Shown here one piece after another: positions 56,172 through 64,000 of a stretch of 64,000 bases of DNA. The notes beneath the pieces are model-generated. The model was not told the origin of the DNA, did no database searches, and saw only the letters and a program-made list of their open reading frames with translations. The position numbers and the translations under genes were made by a program. Source of the stretch: Jiangellaceae bacterium (GTDB lineage Bacteria > Actinomycetota > Actinomycetes > Jiangellales > Jiangellaceae); contig DASUUU010000157.1 of assembly GCA_036373915.1 (NCBI GenBank), positions 2,429 through 66,428 of the forward strand, read 5' to 3'. The first letter of the stretch is position 1. Each line of letters begins with the position of its first letter.

Positions 56172-58988
56172 CTAACCGATGCCGTCAGCGCCGAGCCCGA
56201 GGAGTTCGGCCAGGATCTCGAGCACGTGCCGGTACTGCCGGCCGGTGGCCCGGGTCATACCTATCTCGCAGGTGCGGTTGCACGACGCGTGGGCGGCCGC
56301 ATCGGCTGCGCTGATCTCGGCGGCCTGCTGCCTGGTTGCCGAGGCGGTCAGTTCAGGGTGGAGCATGCCGCGATCGCCGGCGAACGCGCAGCATCCCCAG
56401 GTGGTCGGCCGGAAGACCTGCCCTGCGACGGCAGCGGCGACGTTCGTCAAGGCGGCGTCCATGCCGAGCCGGGTGGACGAGCAGGTCGGGTGCAATGCGA
56501 GCACGGGCAGCTTCTCGGCGACGGCGGGCAGGCGAGGCAGGACCTCGGTGGCGACGAACTCGACAGCGTCCACCACCCGCAGCGAGCCACCGAGAGCGTG
56601 CCCGAGCCCCTCGGTGCAGGACGACGCGTCGCAGATCACCGGCAGCCGGCCATTGTCGGAGGCCGCGATCAACGCATCGCGGACGCGGCGCTTGATCAGT
56701 TCCGCTCCGCGAACGTGGCCCTTGGACGTCCAGGGAGTGCCGCAGCACAACGCGTCCACGCCGTCGGGCACGAGCAGGGTGATGCCCGCACGCTCGCACA
56801 ACGCCGCGAAAGCCGGCTGCACCCCCGCTCTCCCGCCGGCCGGGCCGAACATCGCGTTCACGCATGCCGGCAGGTAGACCGCGCGCGGGGCAGCGCTTGG
56901 AGCGGGACGGGCCCGGCGTCGGCCGCCGGACGGCAGGTCATCGCTCCACAGTGGAACGTTCTCGGCACCGAGGGCCCGGCGGGCCAGCCGGTTCGGCCCG
57001 CGCACGACCGGTGCCGGGGCGGTCGCCGCGGCCGTTAGTGCCGCCGACGCTGCCCTTGTCGTGCCCGACCAGTGCCGAGCGGCAGCCGCCCAGGCCCGGT
57101 CGGCGGTACGGCTGGCCGCCTCGGCCCGGAGCCGCTTGACGAGATCACCGGTGTTGATCGCCACCGGGCAGGCCGTCTGGCACATGCCGTCCACTGCGCA
57201 GGTCTGTACGCCGTCGTACTCGTAGGCCGTCTCGAGTTCGGCGACGAGCCCGGCGTCTCCCTCGGCCCGGGCCTGCGCGAGGGCACGGCGCACCACGATC
57301 CGCTGCCGGGGCGTGGTAGTCAGATCCCGGCTCGGGCAGACCGGCTCACAGAACCCGCACTCGACGCAGCGGTCGACCTCCGGCTCAACCCGCGGCGCCC
57401 ACTTGATGTGCCGGATATGGGCGTGCGGGTCGTCGTTCAGAATTATGCCCTGGTTGAGCATCCCGACCGGGTCGAACAGCCGCTTGACCTCGCGCATCAC
57501 CTCGTACAGTTCGTCGCCGTACTGGCGGCGTACGTACGGAGCCATGATCCGGCCGGTGCCGTGCTCGGCCTTGAGTGAGCCGCCCTCACCCAGCACCAGA
57601 TCGACCATGTCCCCGGTGAACCGGACGTACCGCTCCTGCGGCTCGGGCCGGTCGAACCGGTCGGTCAGCATGAAGTGCACGTTGCCGTCCTTCGCGTGAC
57701 CGAAGATCACGCTGCCGCCGTAGCCGTGCCTGTCGAAAAGCTCGGTCAACGACGCGCAGGTACGCGCCAGGGCGCCTACCGGGACGACGACGTCCTCCAG
57801 CAACGCGGTCGTCCCCTGCGGACGAGCACCAGAGATCGCGGCGTACAGGCCCTTGCGGACGTGCCACTGCCTGGCCCGGATCGCAGGATCGGATGTCAAC
57901 ACCGCCGGCACCGACAACGGCAAGCCATCGAGCACCCCAGCGCCGTCCGCCCTTATCGCTGCCAGCTGATCGGACGTCCCAGCCCGGTACTCGACCAGCA
58001 ATGCGGTATGCGAGCGCACGTCGATCGCCCGCAGGCTCCCGTCCGCCTTCGGGTCGGCCTGTGCGACCCGCAGCGATGCGGCGTCCAGCAACTCGATGGT
58101 CGCCGCACCCGTCGCCACCAGGTCGGGTAGCGCGCCGGTGGCAGCCGCCAGGTCGTCGAACACCAGCAATCCCGTCGCGGCGTGGGGCAGCACTGGAATC
58201 GTGCGGAAGACTGCCTCGGCGATGAAGCCCAGCGTCCCCTCACTGCCGACGATCAGGTGAGCAAGGATGTCGGCCGCCGAGTCGTGATCGACGAAAGCGT
58301 TGAGCGAGTAGCCCATCGTGTTCTTCATCGCGAACTGTCGCTCGATCGTGCGTACCGACGCCGGCGTGCCGCGCACGCGATCCCGCAGCCGCAGCAGCCC
58401 TTCGTACAGCTCGGGTTCGAGCGCTCGTAGCCGGTTGTCAGCGTCCGGCGCGCCGGTGTCGATCGCGGTGCCGGACGGCAGTACGACGGTCACCGACTCC
58501 AGGGTCTGGTAGGCGTTATCGACAGTCCCGCACGCCATTCCGGACGAGTTGTTCGCTACCACACCACCGACCGTGCAGGCCGACTCACTCGCCGGATCGG
58601 GCCCGAACTTGCGCCCGTACGGCGCCAGCCGCGCGTTCAACTGGCGCACAGTGATACCCGGCTGGACGCGGGCCCGCTTACCACCGTCCAGCACCTCGAC
58701 GTCGCGGAACCCGCGCCGGGTGTCCACCAGGATGCCGCCACTGACCGCCTGCCCCGACAGGCTCGTCCCACCGGACCGGAACGTCAGCGGAACCCCGTGC
58801 TCAGCACTAACCCGCAACAGGCGGCCCACTTCGGCGGCCTCGTTCGCCATCACAACGGCTCGTGGCACCAAGACGTAGTGGGACGCGTCGTTGGCCAGCG
58901 CGTAGCGGTCCAGCGCACGTAGGCGCACTTGATCCGGCGTACCCATCGCTGCGTTGAGCGCCTGCTCCAGCGTCTCTGTCGGGATCAC
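56172..58988 (-). CDS. FAD-binding oxidase fused to an Fe-S/CCG-domain protein (D-lactate/glycolate dehydrogenase-like)
   Basis: N-terminal FAD_binding_4 (FRSGGTSLSGQ). Central CVECGFCEPVCP and CAVDGMCQTACP ferredoxin motifs. C-terminal Cys-rich CCG repeats. Confidence 0.85.
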   Translation of the reverse strand: MIPTETLEQALNAAMGTPDQVRLRALDRYALANDASHYVLVPRAVVMANEAAEVGRLLRVSAEHGVPLTFRSGGTSLSGQAVSGGILVDTRRGFRDVEVLDGGKRARVQPGITVRQLNARLAPYGRKFGPDPASESACTVGGVVANNSSGMACGTVDNAYQTLESVTVVLPSGTAIDTGAPDADNRLRALEPELYEGLLRLRDRVRGTPASVRTIERQFAMKNTMGYSLNAFVDHDSAADILAHLIVGSEGTLGFIAEAVFRTIPVLPHAATGLLVFDDLAAATGALPDLVATGAATIELLDAASLRVAQADPKADGSLRAIDVRSHTALLVEYRAGTSDQLAAIRADGAGVLDGLPLSVPAVLTSDPAIRARQWHVRKGLYAAISGARPQGTTALLEDVVVPVGALARTCASLTELFDRHGYGGSVIFGHAKDGNVHFMLTDRFDRPEPQERYVRFTGDMVDLVLGEGGSLKAEHGTGRIMAPYVRRQYGDELYEVMREVKRLFDPVGMLNQGIILNDDPHAHIRHIKWAPRVEPEVDRCVECGFCEPVCPSRDLTTTPRQRIVVRRALAQARAEGDAGLVAELETAYEYDGVQTCAVDGMCQTACPVAINTGDLVKRLRAEAASRTADRAWAAAARHWSGTTRAASAALTAAATAPAPVVRGPNRLARRALGAENVPLWSDDLPSGGRRRARPAPSAAPRAVYLPACVNAMFGPAGGRAGVQPAFAALCERAGITLLVPDGVDALCCGTPWTSKGHVRGAELIKRRVRDALIAASDNGRLPVICDASSCTEGLGHALGGSLRVVDAVEFVATEVLPRLPAVAEKLPVLALHPTCSSTRLGMDAALTNVAAAVAGQVFRPTTWGCCAFAGDRGMLHPELTASATRQQAAEISAADAAAHASCNRTCEIGMTRATGRQYRHVLEILAELLGLGADGIG

Positions 58989-59268
58989 CGGGCCATCTTC
59001 GCAGGGCCTTGACCGTTAGCCGCGGTGGTGATCTGCCTTCAGGGGATGCCAGACCCCCCACTAGCACCCCCTGAAGGCGTTCGGTGACCTGCGCCCGGCC
59101 GAACGTTCGCGTCCGTGGACGCGGAACGCCGTTGCCAGCTACCGCTGACACCGGGCGCAGGCACCTTCCCTCCCCCGCCGGGCTTGTGTGCCGCCCCTTA
59201 GTCGACCTACAGAACGTCCGGAGTGGCGTTCTGATACATCGGACGGACGAAAGATTTCCGTGATCCTG

Positions 59269-59706
59269 CTAGAGCCTGACCCACTCGGTGATCACGTTGT
59301 CGTTGGCGGTCTGCAAGTGCAGCCGGAACATCGCGCTGGGCAGCGGCCTGATCGAGAACCAGCCGCTCTCGTCGACGGTAACCGCCTGGCTACCGCCCTC
59401 CTGGGTCTGGACCTCGATCGTTCCCGAGCGGGCGGGGACCAGCTGGCCCAACAGAGCGTCGGGCGTCACTTCCAGCTCTATCGAGATGTCACTCGCCAGG
59501 AAGCTGAGGGCCCGGACGGCCGCCCGCTCAGCCCTGACACCGGCAAGGGAGTCCACATCGCCGGCTTCGTGCGCGAGCGCCGCGAGTTCGGCATCGACGG
59601 TGCGCCAGGCGAAGGCCGCCTTACCCGCCGCGACGAACCCGGCGGGCACCTGCGCCACGGAGTTCAGCGCCTCACGTAGCTCGGCAAGTAGTTGCTCATC
59701 CGACAT
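59269..59706 (-). CDS. soluble hypothetical protein coupled to the ECF sigma (possible non-canonical anti-sigma)
   Basis: ATG 59706 lies 1 nt after the sigma TGA. 145 aa with no TM helix and no HxxxCxxC motif. Confidence 0.55.
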   Translation of the reverse strand: MSDEQLLAELREALNSVAQVPAGFVAAGKAAFAWRTVDAELAALAHEAGDVDSLAGVRAERAAVRALSFLASDISIELEVTPDALLGQLVPARSGTIEVQTQEGGSQAVTVDESGWFSIRPLPSAMFRLHLQTANDNVITEWVRL

Positions 59707-59707
59707 G

Positions 59708-60301
59708 TCACTCACCTGCCGTCCGTGGTTGCGTGCCCGCAATGGCGGCCAGGACCGGGCTCGCACGTAGCTTGCCCAGACACCGCTGCCGGGTGGGGCC
59801 TATCGCGCCGACCGGCATGCCGAGGATGGCGCTGATCTCGTCGTATGGCGTGACCGGATCCGCGAACAGCAGCTTGAGCAGTTGCCGGCAGCGCTCAGAC
59901 AGGTCGGCGTATGCGAGGCGTAGCGCGATGAGTCTCTCCTGTGCCAGCAGCCAGTCGTCGGCTGCGGGGTTCGTATCGTCGACCAGACGCTGGTTGTCTT
60001 CGACGGGGAGCTCGCGGTGCTTGGCCTGCAGCAAGCGGAGGCATTCGCGGCGAGTCGTCGTGGCCAGCCAACCGGGAAGAGCGGCCGGCTCGCGAATGGT
60101 GTCCAGCTTCTCCACCAGCCGCAGCCAGACGCAGGCGCCGACGTCGTCGGCGTCGGCACGAGTCAGGTGGTAGCGCTGGCACAGCGACCAGACCAGCGGG
60201 GCGTACCGGTCCACTATCTGGTCCCACGCCGTCTGATCGCCGTCCCTGGCTCGCTCGACCAAGTCGACGACCGAAAGGTCGTCATGCACAAGTCCAATCA
60301 T
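59708..60301 (-). CDS. ECF-type RNA polymerase sigma-70 family factor
   Basis: Region 2 (DQIVDRYAPLVWSLCQRY...ADDVGACVWLRLVEKL) and region 4 (LSERCRQLLKLLF...YDEISAILGMPVGAIGPTRQRCLGKLR). Start moved to ATG 60301. Confidence 0.85.
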   Translation of the reverse strand: MIGLVHDDLSVVDLVERARDGDQTAWDQIVDRYAPLVWSLCQRYHLTRADADDVGACVWLRLVEKLDTIREPAALPGWLATTTRRECLRLLQAKHRELPVEDNQRLVDDTNPAADDWLLAQERLIALRLAYADLSERCRQLLKLLFADPVTPYDEISAILGMPVGAIGPTRQRCLGKLRASPVLAAIAGTQPRTAGE

Positions 60302-60470
60302 GGCTGCCAGGAGGACCTGGTGACTACCTCCACCGGAGGGCACGTGACGCCCTCGAGATGCACAACCACATTCACCGACCGATCCTCCTGACCGCTCGTA
60401 TCCCCGTCGAGGCCAGCTGTGCCTCTGCTTATCGGAGGTGCAATGTGAGGAGTTGATACGTTCGCCGGAT

Positions 60471-61838
60471 TCAGATCCGGGGCAGGATCTCGACCTGCTT
60501 GCCGTACAGCGGCACCTCACGAGCACCTGCCAGCAAGCGTCGCTTGGCCTCGGTCGGTGTCACACCGTCATCTAAGGCGATCTTGGCGATCGCGCCGGCG
60601 ACCTGCGGGGCGGCGAACGAGGTGCCGCTCCACAACGCCCACGCGTTCTCCGGAAACTCTTCGCGCCGAGGATCAGTGACTGGAGACTCAATGCCCGGGA
60701 CGAACGTCGAACGCACGCCCTCACCTATTGTGCAGACGTCGACCCACGCTCCCCGACTCGACCACTCAGCCGGCGACAGATCCTGAGTGAGGGCTGCGAC
60801 AGCGGTGACAGTCGGAAACGCGGCTGGGTAGCACTCACGGGCGTGACCGAAGTTGCCGGCCGCCGCCACCACGAGGGCTTCATGCCCGGACTTACGGGAT
60901 TCTTCGTCAATGATCTCCAGCGCGACACCGAGCGCGACAGGACGCTCGTCATCTGCCGTCTCGGCTCCGAACGACAGATTCACGATCACTTCCTTGCCGT
61001 CCTCGAAGCCCTTGCGCACCCACTGAACTAACTCGACGGCGACCCTAAGTTCATCGACGAATCCGTCACTGTCGACGGAGTTGTACACGTTGATGTCCGC
61101 CGCGGGCGCGATCTGTTGGACGATGCCGGCACAGAAGGTGCCGTGCCCGGCAGCGGGGTCGAGGAAGCCGTCCCCACCCGGCGGTGAATCGTCGAGGACT
61201 TCACCATTGTCATCTGTCTCCAGGTCCTGCAGCCACCCGTCGCTCCTGCCCCGGCCAAAGACTCCGGTATCGATGATGACGACGCGGACTGGGGACTGCT
61301 GCGACTCGGCGGCTGAGGCGCTGTGAGGCTCCGGTTTCGGCCCGTCTGTATTCTCAGGGCTCGCTACCGACTTCACGCGCCCACCTAGCGGCGTCATGTA
61401 GTTAGCGGAAACCGAGACACCCTGCTTACGAAGGCTTGATGCGAGCTCAGCCAACATGACCGGACTCGCCTCGCCGGAGCTGTATGCGATGACTCTGCTG
61501 TCCAACCCCGTGACCGCTTGCCTGGTCAGGTTGTATCGCGGACCCTCGAGCAGCGGGCGCACACGTTCGTCGTCCTCAGCGCGTACCAATACTTGTTCTC
61601 TCGCTGCCGCCGCCAACGTGCTGCCGCCGTACTTGTCAGGGATCTGCTCGAACTGAACTCGATCGCTTCGGCCCACACGGCGCTGCTGGATATCGGAAAT
61701 CAGCCGGTCCTCGTAGGCAGGGTCGTCCCGAGTCGCCGTGATGGAACGGACCTGCCGCTGCACACGGCGGAGATCTGCCAGGCGGTCGGCGTCGGTGCGT
61801 CGGTCGGGCTGTCCAAAGCTGTGCTGATGATTTGGCAT
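60471..61838 (-). CDS. S8 family (subtilisin-like) serine peptidase, predicted cytoplasmic
   Basis: Asp VVIIDTGV, His HGTFCAG, Asn AAAGN, Ser SGTSFAAP. No signal peptide or TM. ATG 61838 follows GGAGGGGGA. Confidence 0.85.
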   Translation of the reverse strand: MPNHQHSFGQPDRRTDADRLADLRRVQRQVRSITATRDDPAYEDRLISDIQQRRVGRSDRVQFEQIPDKYGGSTLAAAAREQVLVRAEDDERVRPLLEGPRYNLTRQAVTGLDSRVIAYSSGEASPVMLAELASSLRKQGVSVSANYMTPLGGRVKSVASPENTDGPKPEPHSASAAESQQSPVRVVIIDTGVFGRGRSDGWLQDLETDDNGEVLDDSPPGGDGFLDPAAGHGTFCAGIVQQIAPAADINVYNSVDSDGFVDELRVAVELVQWVRKGFEDGKEVIVNLSFGAETADDERPVALGVALEIIDEESRKSGHEALVVAAAGNFGHARECYPAAFPTVTAVAALTQDLSPAEWSSRGAWVDVCTIGEGVRSTFVPGIESPVTDPRREEFPENAWALWSGTSFAAPQVAGAIAKIALDDGVTPTEAKRRLLAGAREVPLYGKQVEILPRI

Positions 61839-61896
61839 TGTGTATCCCCCTCCGGTCGGCGAGACTACCCTGAACCGATCACTTGCGGCATTTGCC

Positions 61897-64000
61897 ATGA
61901 CAGACACCCATGACGATCTCCTGATACGCGCCAAGGCGGCCTATCAGGATGCGATCAACGACCCGAAGTCCTTCCGAACCGGGGCCGCTGTCCTAGTCAT
62001 GGAAGCGCGAGACAGCGGCGAGGATCTCGCTCTCTGCCTCGCCCTCCGCGCCGCGGGCTGGGCCGAGCGCTACGCCTTGGAGCACCAGAACGCGCTTCGA
62101 CTGCTCAACGAAGCCGTTCGGATCGCGCAACGCAACCGGCTGGATCAGGTGCTTGGAGAGGTGCTCCTCACTCGTGGCGCTGTCGAGCATGAGCTTGGCC
62201 ACGTGTCAGCGGCCCGTCGCGACTTCGACGCTGCCGAAGCGCTGATCCCTCCCGAGGCCGCGGCGGAACTGACGCTCCAACGCGCCACCCTCGCCGACAA
62301 CCAGGGTGATCGCGTGCTGGCCTCCGGCCTCTACGCCCGATTGCTGAAGGATCCGACGCTCACGGCAGAGGTCCGCTTCAAAGCGGCGACGAACTTCGGA
62401 GTCCTTCAAGCTGAAAGCGGTCGGTTCCAGGAGGCGCTTGCCCTCTTTGACGTGGCAAGGTCCGCGGCTGACCAGGTGAGCCCCTTGTATGTAGCACTCG
62501 TCGCCGAGAACCGGGCCTGGACCACCGTACTGGCCGGCCGGCTGGCCGACGGTGTCGCACAGTTCGAAGCTGCAAAGGCGATGTTCGAGGAACTAGGACT
62601 CCCCCCGGGTGAACTCTTGAAGGAGTACTCGGAAGCGCTCATGCAGCTTCGCCTCCTCCCTGAAGCGCTCGAACATGCCCGCGAGGCAGTTGCGATCCTC
62701 GAGGCCAACGACGTCGACCTGATGGCCGCGGAGGCCCGCCTCAACTCCGCCTCACTGTCGCTGATGGCGAACCGGCTGGACGAAGCCGTGGCGGAGGCTG
62801 AAGCAGCGCGAAAGAGCTTCCGCCAGCAGCGGCGGCCCTGGGGTGTGGCGAGGGCGACTTCGATCGAGTTGGAGGCCCGGCTGCGGCTCGACGCGATCGG
62901 GCCGCGGGACGTCACCCGTGCCCGCCGGGCCGCCCAAGCCCTGGAGCAGGCAAGAATGCGCGCCCACGCGGTGCAGGCCCACCTGATCGCCGGCCAGGTC
63001 GCGATGGCCCGCGGCCGGGAAACCGACGCATTGGCTGCCTGGGCCCGGTCTCACGAACTCAGCCGCGGCCTCCCGTTGCTTGTTCGGCTGATGGGCACGC
63101 TGGCGGCGGCGCTCAGCGCCCAGCATCAGGGGCGCGCCGACCGCGTGCGGTCGCTCACCCGGTCGGGCCTCGACGACCTGGCGAAGCACCGGGCGGCACT
63201 CCCCTCGACGGAGCTGCGCGCACTCGCCTCAGGGCACGGCGAGGAACTCGGCCGGCTCGGGCTGGCGTCCCGAGTCGGCAAACAGCCCGCCGCTCGCGTC
63301 CTGGAGTGGATGGAGCGCACGCGCGCCGCCGCCCTGTCCGTCGTCGACGCAGAACCGAGCGAAGACATCAGCGACGACCTCGGAGAACTAAGGTCGGTGT
63401 ACGCCGAACTCGTCGCCGCCCGCCAGGACAGCGGCACCGAGCCGACCGGCCTCCGGGCCCGGCAGCGGCGGATCGAGCAGCGCATTCGCAGCGCCACCTG
63501 GAGCACCCGGTCGAGGGACGCGCAGGCCGGCGCCGCGGCTTCGGCTCCCGATCTCCGGAGAGCCCTGGACGGCCGAGTGCTCGTCGAGTTCGATGTGCTC
63601 GACGGCGATCTCATCGCGGCGGTGCTCGAGCCGCGCCGGACCCGGATCGTCCAGCTCGGACCGCTCGAAAGCGTGCAGCGCGACGCGGAGCGGCTGCTGT
63701 TCTACCTGCGGTACCTCACCAGGCCGCGGCCGGCGGCGACCGCCGTGCAGACTATGCAGTCCAACGCCAGGGAGGCCATTGCCCGGCTCGCCGGGACGCT
63801 CATCGAGCCGCTGAACGTCGCGCCTGACGCCGAGTTGGTCGTCGTGCCGGCCAGCGGGTTGCACTCGCTGCCGTGGGCCGCCTTGCATGCTGCGCCGGTC
63901 GCGCTGGCTCCGTCGGGGTCGATGTGGGCGCGCAGCCGCTACATACGGCCGTCCCCGACCGGCCAGGTGGTTCTCGCCGCCGGCCCCGAGCTGCCGGGAG
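61897..64000 (+). CDS. TPR repeat / CHAT domain protein, 5' 701 codons (runs off window end)
   Basis: Not in the ORF track. I read the frame from ATG 61897 to 64000 without finding a stop. Helical Ala/Leu/Arg-rich TPR-like repeats are followed by ELVVVPASGLHSLPWAAL, VALAPSGSMWA and VVLAAGPELPG, typical of the start of a CHAT domain. Start codon uncertain. Confidence 0.7.
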   Translation, partial: MTDTHDDLLIRAKAAYQDAINDPKSFRTGAAVLVMEARDSGEDLALCLALRAAGWAERYALEHQNALRLLNEAVRIAQRNRLDQVLGEVLLTRGAVEHELGHVSAARRDFDAAEALIPPEAAAELTLQRATLADNQGDRVLASGLYARLLKDPTLTAEVRFKAATNFGVLQAESGRFQEALALFDVARSAADQVSPLYVALVAENRAWTTVLAGRLADGVAQFEAAKAMFEELGLPPGELLKEYSEALMQLRLLPEALEHAREAVAILEANDVDLMAAEARLNSASLSLMANRLDEAVAEAEAARKSFRQQRRPWGVARATSIELEARLRLDAIGPRDVTRARRAAQALEQARMRAHAVQAHLIAGQVAMARGRETDALAAWARSHELSRGLPLLVRLMGTLAAALSAQHQGRADRVRSLTRSGLDDLAKHRAALPSTELRALASGHGEELGRLGLASRVGKQPAARVLEWMERTRAAALSVVDAEPSEDISDDLGELRSVYAELVAARQDSGTEPTGLRARQRRIEQRIRSATWSTRSRDAQAGAAASAPDLRRALDGRVLVEFDVLDGDLIAAVLEPRRTRIVQLGPLESVQRDAERLLFYLRYLTRPRPAATAVQTMQSNAREAIARLAGTLIEPLNVAPDAELVVVPASGLHSLPWAALHAAPVALAPSGSMWARSRYIRPSPTGQVVLAAGPELPG

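Noticed and set aside
58989-59268. Several small hairpins (CCTTCAGGGG...CCCCTGAAGG, TTCGCGTCC-gtg-GGACGCGGAA, AGAACG...CGTTCT) as a possible structured ncRNA.
   Set aside because: The stems are short (6-10 bp), as expected by chance in GC-rich DNA. They lie where the sigma-operon terminator and the promoter of the FAD/Fe-S oxidase gene are expected. The sequence alone gives no evidence for a discrete RNA gene.
60302-60470. Possible autoregulated ECF promoter (GTGAAT ... GCGTC) upstream of the sigma gene.
   Set aside because: The spacing between the -35-like and -10-like elements is about 20 nt, longer than the usual 16-17 nt, and the -35 match is poor. It is not strong enough to annotate.
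1-64000. Search for tRNA, rRNA, riboswitches, integrases, transposases and prophage genes.
   Set aside because: I saw no T-loop/acceptor-type tRNA signatures and no rRNA-like conserved stretches. There are no recombinase or transposase motifs. The leaders upstream of mtnA, the GH1 gene and the symporter operon match no riboswitch class that I can recognise by eye. A covariance-model scan (Infernal/Rfam, tRNAscan-SE) would be the decisive check.

Overview
Visibly high-GC, GC3-rich sequence typical of an Actinomycetota chromosome. It is densely packed with about 63 protein-coding genes on both strands. I found no rRNA, tRNA, CRISPR array, integrase or transposase. Content is accessory-like: many one-component regulators (MarR, three TetR, ArsR, GntR), two ABC exporter systems, two M1 peptidases, a methionine-salvage pair, a topoisomerase IB, an ACC deaminase, a VapBC pair and a second TA-like pair. 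Points worth a second look: (1) At 59.3-64.0 kb, a TPR-CHAT protein sits divergent from a cytoplasmic S8 subtilase, an ECF sigma and a small soluble partner. The CHAT frame is missing from the ORF track because it runs off the window. (2) At 29.1-36.0 kb, a translationally coupled five-gene operon encodes a hypothetical protein, a fatty-acyl reductase::HAD-IB fusion, a Zn-ADH, a LarA-like protein and a PlsC-type acyltransferase; its product is unknown. (3) A LytS-like kinase overlaps a sodium:solute symporter gene and faces a second symporter operon. (4) A private repeat family has two REP-like palindromes (36.1 kb and 47.1 kb) plus a five-unit, 32-bp-period hairpin array. There is also an unrelated perfect 32-bp inverted repeat at 28.8 kb. 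(5) Three genes carry apparent single-base frameshifts, including a CYP152 P450 whose double, compensating shift is hidden inside an intact ORF. All functional calls come from motifs read by eye; no database search was run.
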